Source: Phyllobates terribilis
Taxonomy: Eukaryota
DNA: 64,000 nt
Reading direction: 5' to 3'
Assembly: GCF_046119375.1 (NCBI RefSeq)
Contig: NW_027362772.1
Span: forward strand, 202,430,001-202,494,000
A model generated the notes under the pieces. The model was not told the origin of the DNA and ran no database searches. It saw nothing but the letters and a program-made list of their open reading frames with translations. A program made the position numbers and the translations under genes. Each line of letters begins with the position of its first letter. The stretch's first letter is position 1. Positions 52,930 through 63,019 of this stretch are shown here, piece by piece.

Positions 52930-53861
52930 GACCTCTCCGGGCAGGTACGGATCCGGTGCTCCTTACTGCCACAGTAGAAGCAGCTCCCCTCGGCACGGCG
53001 TAAGTCCTGACGGGTTTTGACCATCTTGGTCTGGTCGACCTGCATAGGCTCAGGAGAGTGTACCTGGGTAGAGACGGAGGGAGTGACGGGTTTCTGAAAA
53101 GTAGGAGCTAGACGTGGTAACCTCCTTTCACGGGTGACCTCTTTGGCACGCTCCTGGAACCGTAGGTCAATCCGGGTGGCAAGTGTTATTAGGTCATCGA
53201 GAGTGGTAGGGATGTCCCGACCGGCAAGTTCATCTTTAATACGGCCGGACAGACCCTCCCAGAAGACGGATACCAGAGCGTCGTTATCCCAGGCCAGCTC
53301 CGAGGCAAGGGTACGGAACCGTATGGCATATTGGCCCACGGTGAGACTTCCCTGACGGAGGCGTAGCAGTGATGATGCGGATGAGGTCTTCCGTCCGGGT
53401 TCGTCGAAGACTTTCCGGAAAGCCGTGAGAAAAGCAGGCAAGTTGGACACCAGGGGGTCTCCTCTCTCCCATAGAGGATTTAGCCAGGCCAGGGCCTCCC
53501 CGGTGAGATGGGACATGATGAATGCAATTTTGGCTCGGTCGGAGTTAAACTGGTGGGACAATAGTTCAAAGTGCAGGGTGCACTGATTTATGAAGCCCCG
53601 AGCCTGGGCGGAGTCGCCTCCGAAGCGAGGAGGTGCAGAAAGCCGGGGTCCGGGGTAGGATACCATGGTATTAGTGGGCAGCGGAGCTGCCGGATTGCAA
53701 GATATGGCACTGGCGGAGGTTGCTGGTGGAGCAGTCAGAGTGTTCAGGTGAGTATTGACATTCCGCAGGTGACCCAGGATGGACTCCTGTTGGGACCTTT
53801 GACGGGACAGTTCATGACACAGGTCCGAGAGCGAGGGAGCTTGGGTGCCACCGGGTTCCAT
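52911..53861 (-). CDS. Sushi gag (316 aa, PEG10/RTL-like capsid with CCHC knuckle)
   Basis: ATG at 53861. PPRFGGDSAQARGFINQC...LRQGSLTVGQYAIRFRTLA...CFYCGSKEHRIRTC. No stops. Confidence 0.95.
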   Translation of the reverse strand: MEPGGTQAPSLSDLCHELSRQRSQQESILGHLRNVNTHLNTLTAPPATSASAISCNPAAPLPTNTMVSYPGPRLSAPPRFGGDSAQARGFINQCTLHFELLSHQFNSDRAKIAFIMSHLTGEALAWLNPLWERGDPLVSNLPAFLTAFRKVFDEPGRKTSSASSLLRLRQGSLTVGQYAIRFRTLASELAWDNDALVSVFWEGLSGRIKDELAGRDIPTTLDDLITLATRIDLRFQERAKEVTRERRLPRLAPTFQKPVTPSVSTQVHSPEPMQVDQTKMVKTRQDLRRAEGSCFYCGSKEHRIRTCPERSGNACV

Positions 53862-54806
53862 GGCCCGAGCAAACTGTAACGGGTCTGGGAGGCGGAACCT
53901 CTGAGCTACTATACAAGGGGGCGGTCCTTGTAAGGGAGCGGGTGGCGACCAGGGAAGACGGGCAGGAAGTCACAGCAGGTGACCGGGACAGTCTCTGAGT
54001 GAACGGGCTGGAGGTCACGGCAAGTGACCGGGGCAGTCTCTGAATGAACGGGCAGATGGTCACGGCAAGTGACCGGGGCAGTCTCTGGATGAACGGGCAG
54101 ATGGTCACGGCAAGTGACCGGGGCAGTCTCTGGGTAAAGGGTTGGTACGACCTGTGGCGGCTGATGATAGACGTGAGCTCCCAGGTGAGCAGGCGAGAGT
54201 CTCTGGATGAACGGGTGGTCACAGCATGTGACGGCGGAGCCTCCAGGAAGACCAACAGACAGGCGGCAGATGAGCGCTCCCAGGTGAGCGGGCAGAAGTC
54301 TCTGGACAGGCGGGTGGTCACAGCACGTGACGGCAGAGCCTCCAGGTAGGCTAGCAGACATGCAGCAGGTGAGCGCTCCCAGGTGAGCGGGCAGGAGTCA
54401 CTGGACAGGCAGGTGGTCACAGCACGTGACGGCGGAGCCTCCAGGTAGGCTAGCAGGCAGGTAGCAGATGTGTGCTCCCAGGTGAGCAGGCAAGCTGGTC
54501 CATAGACAGACTGACAGGAGTTGGAAGGCAGACCGTCGGACCTCAGGCAAGCAGGCAGGTGGCTGAAGTGCGCTCCCAGGTGAGCGGACAGGCTGGTCCT
54601 TAGACAGACTGACAGGAGTAGTAAGGCAGACCGTCGGACCTCAGACTAGCAGGCAGGTAGCAGATAATCAGGCAGGAAAAGACAGCAAGCTGGCAGGAAT
54701 CTGGCAGGTATCTGGCAGGTAACTGGCAACGGGACCTGAGGGCTGAAGCAGAGTAGTGAACAGTGCAACAACATTGCTCGGGCACCTCCATTTTGGAGGA
54801 GGTGCC

Positions 54807-54813
54807 TTATATA
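54807..54813 (-). promoter_or_regulatory. TATA box of the sushi 5' LTR
   Basis: TATATAA on minus, 30 nt upstream of the 10-mer complementary to the PBS, preceded by GC-rich U3. Confidence 0.7.
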
Positions 54814-56695
54814 TGGTGAAGTCCTCCGGCCATTGGCCGGGGACTCCTTAGGACGGCGCGCGCGGCCCCTTTAAGAGGGAGGGAGAGCGCGCGCGCGCGC
54901 CCTAAGCACAGTGGCCGGGAAGGAGCGCGCGCTGCCAGCAGAGCGGGAGGAGGACGCCGGGCACGGAGCAGAGAGGTGAGGGGAACAGCGTCCCTGCCTA
55001 GCAGAGGGCAGGGACGCCGGCGCTACAGTGTGCTTGATATTTCTGAAACCTTATAGCTTTTGCTGGTACAGTAAGGCCTACTTCACATGTCAGTGTCTCC
55101 AGTACGTATGGTGACAGTTTTCACATGTACTGGAGACACTGACACACGCAGATACACTCAAATCTATGGGTCTGCGCACATGTCAGTGTGCTCCCATGGA
55201 CCGTGTGTCCGTGTACGAAACATGTAGACATGTCTGTTTTTTGCCGGCAGCACGGTCCGCAATACGTCTCGTACATGTGCACACTGATGACTCATGCTGC
55301 GAACGGTGATGTCAGTAAGGTTACTTCAGTTTATAGGCCAGCTCACACAGAGCTTACCGTGGGAACCACTATCTGTGACCTGCGATAACCTTAATTACGT
55401 CACCGCTCGTCACTTAAGCCGGAAATTTATCACGGTACTCTCATTGTGCTCTGGCTGGCATGCTGAGCGGTCACATTACTGATGTCACCTCCCAACACAC
55501 CATCCGGAAGTAGCAGAGTTGGGGGATCATCGTAGGACCTCTTTATTATGGAATTACGGCGAACAGATGAGTATAACTTTGATTTTTATGGGAATAAATG
55601 GCTAAAAGAGGGTCAAGGAGTGTTTTTTTTCAATTAAAGGACTTTTCTCAGTGTGTTTTTAATACTTTTGACTTTGGAGTTAGTAATGAGGGTGTCTGAT
55701 AGACAACTCTCCATTACTAACCATTGGGCTTGATGTCATCGGACATAAAACAGCTGACATCAACCCCAAAACTATTACCCCACTTGCCAATGCACAAGGG
55801 CAAGTGGAAAGAGCTGAGGCTAATCATCAGAATTGGTGCATCTAATGGATGTGCCAATTCTGTGGCAGTTGAGGGCTGGTGTTATTAGGCTGGGAGGGGT
55901 CCAATATCCATGGCCCCTTCCCAGCCTATTAGTATCAGCCTGCAGCTGTCTGTTTAGCCTTTTCTGGTTATTAAAAATAGGGGGGATCCCACGTCATTTT
56001 TTTGGGTCCCCCATTTAATAACCAGTAAAGGCTAAGCAAACAACTATGAGCTGTTATTAATAGGTTGGGGACATTTATGGCTATTGGCCTCATCCCAGAA
56101 TAATAGTACCAGCCCCCAGCTGTCTGCTTTCCCACAGCTGGTTGGGAACAATAAGGGGGACCCCCACGTCATTTTTTTGTTAATTTATTTAATGCGCATT
56201 ATGCACAGATGGTGGGTGCCCACTATAACTCTCATCAGTGTTGCCTGGTCGGCTGATCATAGGGAGACCAGGCGAAGATGATGAGAGTTGGATTCAGCAC
56301 CTGACGCCTGGGAACAGTGCTAACAGTACTGATTTTCCCAGATTCCGGTACCTGTCACACTGATAATGAAGAATATCAAAAATCTTTATTAACAATACAC
56401 AAGCAAAATTTAAAAACAATTAAAACACATATAGTATACAAACAGTATTATAAAAAAAAGAGGTATGGACATGTCAGCCAAAAGATGTAAAAGACCTCTT
56501 AACTTTGCAGGCACTGTAAAATATCCCTAATATGGTAAATCTGGGTAGACTAAACCAAGACAACACCCCAGATCAGCAGTGTACCACACCAATACTATAT
56601 TAATATACAATCGATATGTGAGGTAACAGGTGGCCTAAACAGATGAAAAAGTATATATGGGGTAAATACATATAGTTACCTGCAAGGTATGTGGA

Positions 56696-56735
56696 CCCAA
56701 TGCGTGTCGCTGCTAACCAGCAGCTTCGTCAGGGG
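56696..56735 (-). ncRNA. Minimal hammerhead ribozyme relic, left arm
   Basis: Minus: CCC CTGACGA A GCTGCT GGTT AGCAGC GACAC GCATT GGG. The CUGANGA core and stem II are intact, but GAAA is mutated to GACA. Confidence 0.65.
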
Positions 56736-57335
56736 TAATGAGCCAGTGAATGGCTCGTGTTTATATACCAGAGTAAAGAAAACATGTGACCATTGTTAAG
56801 TGATGACAGATGATGTATGCAATAAGGAGAGTTTGCGGCCCCAAATCAGTACGGCGTGCATTCCAGAACGTGGAAAGCATAAACAGGATGGGGCACACAT
56901 GGGGCCCCCCCCGTTCACGTCACATCCAGAAATCACATGCGCTCCACCATGTATCGCGGTGGAACGCAACCGGAAATGACGAGAAACGTCACTTCCGGTA
57001 GACTCATATCCGGAGCACTTGCGTTTCACATGCTGGTTGCGGTAAAACGCAAGCAAATAAGGTGTAGTGACTCAATTAATCATGGTGCCAGAGCCAGGTA
57101 ATCCCCAACAGTCAAATAAGAAGCGCTCCACTCAGTGTGGTGGGATGAAAAACCGAGAAATGGCGCGTCGGCCAAAAAGATGACCAGTGGAAATAGAAGC
57201 AAAAATGTATGCACGCCATACTGAATTGGGGCCGCAAACGTCTCTTTATTGCATACATCATCTGTCATCACTTAACAATGGTCACATGTTTTCTTTACTC
57301 TGGTATATAAACACGATCCATTCACCGGCTCATTA

Positions 57336-57375
57336 CCCTCGACGAAGCTGCTGGTTAGCAGTGACACGCGTTGGG
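57336..57375 (+). ncRNA. Minimal hammerhead ribozyme relic, right arm
   Basis: Plus: CCC TCGACGA A GCTGCT GGTT AGCAGT GACAC GCGTT GGG. Palindromic stem III ACGCGT retained. The core is altered and carries the same GACA change. Confidence 0.6.
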
Positions 57376-58084
57376 TCCATATACCTTGCCGGTAACTATA
57401 TGTATTTACCCCATATATACTTTTTCATCTGTTTAGGCCACCTGTTACCTCACATATCGATTGTGTATTAATATAGTATTGGTGTGGTAGACTGCTGATC
57501 TGGGGTGTTGTCTTGGTTTATTCTACCCAGACTTACCATATTAGGGATATTTTACAGTGCCTGCAAAGTTAAGAGGTCTTTTACATCTTTTGGCTACTAT
57601 GTCCATACTTCTTGGTTTATAATACCGTTTGTATACTATATGTGTTTTAATTGTTTTTACATTTTGCTTGTGTTTTGCTTGTGTATTGTTAATAAAGATT
57701 TTTGATATTCTTCATTATACTTGGGAGTGCATGGCTTTTGTTCTGCCCAACGTCTTCTCTTTTCTATATGAATTTATCTCCATGTGGGGCTCCTGTAGCA
57801 CCCCTCTATGTGTATGTATATTTAATTATTGAGCTGTGCCCGCCAATTCTTTTGTTTGTCACACTGAAAATGCACACGGACACCACACTGATGTTACACA
57901 CGGACACGGATAGCACTGGTACTGTTTTTTCCAGTATCAGGAATATAAGGACGCCTTAAGCAGCTTTTAATTTGCATACAAAAAACTGCAGCAAAAAAGC
58001 TGCAAAAACGCAACATGTAAACATAGCCTTAAGGTTATATAATAAAGTGTCAAAAAGTATTATTGCATATTTGAATGCTACATA

Positions 58085-59276
58085 AAAAAGCTAATAAATA
58101 AAGTAGCACTCTGCAATGCTAAGTATGCAAACATGAAATACGAGATTTGAATAGCATCACTGCATTAGAAAATAGAAATAACTGAGAAATATTAGCGCAT
58201 AAATTTGCCAATTCATGTGTTCCTGGTAGCCACGATAAGGCGTTTCTCCTTACTAGGAATCTACCAGTATGAAACCTCTTTTAGAGGTTAAAGTCTGCAT
58301 GTGTATGGGAAGGTAAGATCCTACTGTAAATAAAACCGCCTGTGGCTTAGAGGTGCTCAGTCAGAAGGCCTATGCATATAAACAAAAAAGACTGACTCAC
58401 TTCCAAAACAAGAAATAGGTGTGTACAGGTGCTTACTAGGAGCAGCCATCTCCATATATAACTAACAAATAACGTAGCCCTCTGTAGTGCTAAGTATGCG
58501 AACATGAAATATATGAAATTTGGATTGCATTACTGCACTAGGAAATAGAAATAACTGAGAAATCTTAGCGCATAAATTGGTCACTTCATGTGTACCTGGT
58601 AGCCACAGTAAGGCATTTCTCGTTACCAGGAACCTACCAATGTGAAATCTCTCTTAGAGACTAAAGTCTGCATGTGCATGGGAAGGTAACGTTCCTGGAA
58701 ACGACAAACGCCTTATTGTGGCAACCAGATACACATGAATTGGCCAATTTATGCTCTAAGATTTCTCAGTTATTTCTATTTTCTAGTGCGGTAATACAAT
58801 TCAAATTTCATATTTCATGTTTGCATACTTAGTTATATATGGAGATGGTTACTCTTAGTAAGCACCTGTACACACCTATTTTCTGTTTTGGAAGTGACAG
58901 TCAATTTTTCATATTTGTATACATAGGCTTTCTGACTGAACACTCCACCCCTGGGCCTCTGGCTGTTTTAATTACAGCAGGATCTTACCTTCCCATGCAC
59001 ATGCAGACTTTAGTCTCTAAGAGAGGTTTCACATTGGTAGGTTCCTTGGAATGAGAAACGCCTTACCGTGGCTACGAGGTACACATGAATTGGCCAATTT
59101 ATGCGCTAAGATTTCTCAGTTATATCTATTTTCTAGAGCAGTAATGCAATTAAAATTTCATATATTTCATGGTCGCATACTTAAGGTGGCAGAGTGCTAC
59201 TTTATTTGTTAGTTGTATATGTATATGGCTGCTCCTAGTAAGCACCTATCACACCTATTTCTTGTTTTGGAAGTGA
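58085..59276. repeat. ~371-bp tandem repeat folded into a palindrome (about 1.6 forward units, then about 1.6 inverted units)
   Basis: Units start at 58091 and 58462. Orientation switches near 58691, and reverse-complement units run to 59276. Confidence 0.85.
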
Positions 59277-61062
59277 TGAGCGAGCACTAAAATGCTCGGG
59301 TGCTCGAAGCTCGGGTCGAGCACATTGGAATACTCCTGTGCTCGACCCGAGCAACGAGCCCAATGTAAGTCTATGGGAAACTCGAGCATTTTTCAGGCGG
59401 CTCCCCCGCGGCGGTCTGCAGAGGGCCTAAAAATTGCCCAAATCGATGGGAACAGTGCTCAAATGACATGGGAACAGCATGGGGAAGACCCCTGGAAGCA
59501 TTTCTGACTCCCATGTCACTGCTGTTAACAACGTTGTCAGAGTATTACGCCACTTTTATGGACTCACAATGACTTGTATAGAAGGCAAAATAAATAACCA
59601 AAACCAAAAATACTCCTCCACACCTTGGGCTATGCTCACATGTTGCTTTTTTGATGCGTTTTTGCGCTTTTGCATTGCTGTCAACCAAGACAAATGCATT
59701 CACCAGGAAATGTAATTTTAACATTTTACTACCTTATCTGGCCATGTGGTGTGTGACACATCATCAGACACATGCATACAGTGCTGAAAAGACGTGGGAA
59801 CAGCATGGGGAAGACCTCTGGAAGCATCTCTGACTTTCAGGTCACTGCCTAAAAGTGTGCCCATCATAAGTGATCCTTGGTGCATGCGAAGATGCCTCCC
59901 ACCATGCACCTGTCGATGCAGACTTGCAACAATCACCGTCCACGTCCTTGTCCCACTGCAACGTTCAGTTATCCCTACCCCATTCCTTGGAATGCAAGCG
60001 CAAGTATGCAGGCAGCCAGCCACCCACCCACCCACAGGCTGCAATACTATACTGACAAATTTTTGACAGCCGCTTGCACTTGAAATGTGGCCTATTAAGC
60101 TCGTGGAGGCGGAAGCTTTTCACAACCTCATGCCGGCGGCGGCCGGGTGTCCATACTTGGTCCCCAGCCGCCACTATATTTCCCGGTATCGCCTTCCACA
60201 AGCACGGGTCCCACAACATTACCCGTGTCCTCCCCAGTGCACTTACTGGGAAGGACCGCCTAACCACAAACACGTGGACAGGTGAGTGTGGCCAGGGATG
60301 GTACGGAGCCAGTCCACAACTTTTTTTTGCTGAAAGTTGTATTTATCTACTCAGCATGTCATTTCTTACAGAAAGTCCTGTAATGCAGCTTGTTGCAGAA
60401 GCAATGGCAGCCCGTCCAACATCTACTCGCCCTTGTGAGGTGGTGATTTGACACACACACACATCTTTCTTTGCGCATTTAATTTCTTGAATACAGAGTT
60501 GGACAATGGCCTGATCTGTATTGCGGTTTGAGAAAAACATGCATAAGCATGGCCGATCCACATTAAAAAAGCAGCCATAGAGTGTCCGGGAACCTTCCCT
60601 CACACTTTTCTTAGCCAGAGCTGCTTTTCGGCAGGGTTGGACGGGCCTACCAGAGAACCGGAGACTCCTCCGGCGGGCCCTGGCTTCTCCTTCAGGAGAG
60701 TTCATAGTGCCGAGGTGAGGTCATGATGATGATAGAGGCCACCATCTGCTTAGTTTTCTGTTACTTGGAATGCAAGTGCAAGTATGCAGCCAGCCACTGA
60801 CCCACCGACAGGCTGCAACACTAAACTGCCAGATTTCTGGGCAGCTTTTTGCACTTGAAATATGGCCTTTTAAGCTCGTGGAGGCGGAAGCTTTTCACAA
60901 CTTCATGCCGGCGGCGGCCGAGTGTCCATACTCGGTCCCCAGCCGCCACTATATTTCCCGGTATCGCCTCCGCCTTCCACAAGCATGGGTCCCACAACAT
61001 TACCCGTGCCCTCCCCAGTGCACTTACTGGGAAGGACCACCTAACCACAAACACGTGGACAG
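59271..61062. mobile_element. hAT right-end module carrying duplicated internal transposase fragments and an unrelated 450-bp insert
   Basis: TIR-like AAGTGATGAGCGAGCACTAAAATGCTCGG. The first ~0.9 kb is the reverse complement of the 23085-24016 module. A transposase-derived block is duplicated at ~59986-60282 and ~60766-61062. Confidence 0.8.
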
Positions 61063-62154
61063 TAGTGTTGAGCGAGCACTAAAATGCTGAGGTGCTCGAA
61101 GCTCGGGCCGAACTCACCGTGATACTTGGGTGCTCGACCCGAGCAACAAGCCCAATGTTAGTCTATGAGAGACCTGAGCATTTTTGCGGCGGCACCCCCG
61201 GCAGTCTGTAGAAAGCCTAAAAAGTGCCCAAAACGATAGTGACAGTGCTCAAATGACATAGGGACAGCATGGGGATCGCCACAGGAAGCATTTCTGACCC
61301 CCAGGTCACTGCTGTCAACAACGTGGTCAGAGGTATTAAGCCACTTTTATGGGCTCACAATAAAACGTTCAAAAACTAAACTGAAACTGTTTTCCTGTGA
61401 AATTTGAACCGTGGAACTGCAAAACCACAGTTCTAGTTATCTGGCCGAAACCAGACTCTTTTAAACAGATATATTTGTGTCTGAACACTCACAGACACAC
61501 TCAATTTTTTTTTTTTTTGAGGGGGGGGAGATACCAAAAGGTTAATAAGATGGGTATTTGTACAGTCTGACTGAGGAAAAAAAAAAAAAAGAGGATTTAG
61601 ATGAAAAAAAAAAAGGATTTTTCCTGGCCCCTGAGACCTGGGGCTAAGTCTAGCAATTTGAGCAGCAGCAGCACACAGGACTGTAATGCAGTGTTTGTTG
61701 GTATAACCACTGCGTCTCCTATACAGCCTGCCTGCCTGATATCTGGGATGGATATTAGTCCTCAGAAGGACTGTTTGCTTGATTTGGCAGGCTTTAGAGA
61801 CCCTACACTACCTACTTCGCAGTATAAATCTCTCCCTAGCTCAGCAACACTCTCCCTACACTGATCCGAAGCGACTGTGTCCAAGATGGCGGCGCCCGGT
61901 TTTAAATACTCGAGGTGATGCTGTGCGGCCAGCCAATCACTGTAATGCCCACAACCAACATGGCTGCGGCATTACAGTGACTGGCTGGCAATCCCTGCAT
62001 GTTCATTGGCTCTGTAAAGAGCGCCAAACATGCAGGGCGGAGACCCGAGCTCCCTCCCGAGTAACCCGGAAATGCTTGGTGTTCGCCGAACATCCCGAGT
62101 AGTGAGATGCTCGGGCGAGTACCGAGCAGTGTCGAGCATGATCGCTCAACACTA
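61063..62154 (-). mobile_element. Non-autonomous hAT element (~1.1 kb) with both ends
   Basis: TAGTGTTGAGCGAGCACTAAAATGC ... GAGCATGATCGCTCAACACTA. The internal sequence matches the subterminal regions of the 17204 element in reverse. Flanks GTGGACAG / ACGGTCAG match only 5/8. Confidence 0.85.
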
Positions 62155-62223
62155 ACGGTCAGTCTTTTTTATTTACATAAAAAAATAAGGCATAATATGA
62201 ATATAATGCTCTTTTTCATGCAG

Positions 62224-62289
62224 GTTGAAGAAACATCTCATGAACAGACAGGGCGAGAAAGTACGTCTGCTCAGAGCAGTGAGGAATAA
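62224..62289 (+). CDS. Candidate downstream or terminal NHERF4 exon (VEETSHEQTGRESTSAQSSEE*)
   Basis: Good acceptor ctctttttcatgcag|GTT. Phase 0 matches the previous exon, and the sequence is unique rather than repeat. No recognisable homology, so the assignment is inferred. Confidence 0.45.
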   Translation, partial: VEETSHEQTGRESTSAQSSEE

Positions 62290-63019
62290 CATGAGACTTT
62301 ATACTACAGAAGATGACTCCAATCTTTGATGACCTTCTTGTTCTCTATGCTCCAGGTCTTCGGCTCCTGTATGAGCTCCAGTTATTAAATGAGCACCAGC
62401 CTTGTACAGTTGGAACCTGCACTTTATATCAAAGGCTAAAAAGTACACACACTGCCAATAGTAGATGATGTGATCACTTATTGTCATTAGAGAAATACTA
62501 AATCTACATTTCTAGAGCAAAATGTCACCTATGATCCTGCCTTCAACCATATCATTGATTTTATTATTGACATTTTTATATTACTTTTTTGCTTTTGCCG
62601 GTTCAAATTGTGTTACATAATCTACACAATATGTGAATTAAATGCTGCACCTTAATATCTATTCACAAGTCAGCCATTAGCGTACCTGCTCACGTAAGGA
62701 ATTAGCTGTGGATTTTCTGCAGTGTATCCGCAGCTGAATATTCATGGGTTACATGTGGATTTGGTCATGGATTTGCCACATATTTTACCTTATGCATTGT
62801 AGGACACTCTGCAATGAAAAACCTCAGAAAGAATTGACAGCTGTGGATTTTAAAATGATATCACATATTTCTTTAACATGTAGGTGAGATTTTCATATGG
62901 ACATCTTTCATATAAACTCAGGATTCTACCTCAGTCTTTAGACCAATAACAGCTAAATAGCAGATATAAGCTCTAGTTGCTCCCCTAATTTAACAAATAG
63001 CTTTGTGAATTTTCTTTAA

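Larger units (their letters stand above)
48508..55027 (-). mobile_element. Full-length Tf1/sushi-type chromoviral Gypsy element with open gag and pol
   Basis: 1153-bp LTRs 48508-49660 and 53875-55027 differing at about 5 sites. 5-bp TSD GTGTG. PPT 49661-49690. No tRNA PBS. Confidence 0.98.
56363..57718. repeat. Long inverted repeat of Penelope-like pLTR sequence (arms 56363-56861 and 57209-57718, 347-bp spacer)
   Basis: The arms are reverse complements over ~500 bp with scattered differences. Each has a hammerhead-like motif and an AATAAA near the outer end. Confidence 0.9.
48279..58028. mobile_element. Harbinger-type MITE expanded by nested insertions
   Basis: TTA|GGCTATGTTCACATGT at 48279 and ACATGTAAACATAGCC|TTA at 58028 (matching TIRs, 3-bp TTA TSD). 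Encloses the sushi element and a second Harbinger-like element (~55075-57955). Confidence 0.6.

Noticed and set aside
54001-54135. CRISPR-like or regularly spaced repeat array
   Set aside because: The units are contiguous tandem repeats without unique spacers, inside a eukaryotic LTR.
60343-60705. Resemblance of the unknown ORF to TXNL4A (PCxxMFF), histone H2A or L1 ORF1
   Set aside because: Only isolated 4-6 residue matches in the wrong order or spacing. No symbol assigned.
62299-62487. Minus-strand ORF as a possible last exon of a tail-to-tail neighbour such as CCDC153/DRC12
   Set aside because: No frame resembles the recalled coiled-coil C-terminus and there is no convincing minus-strand acceptor.
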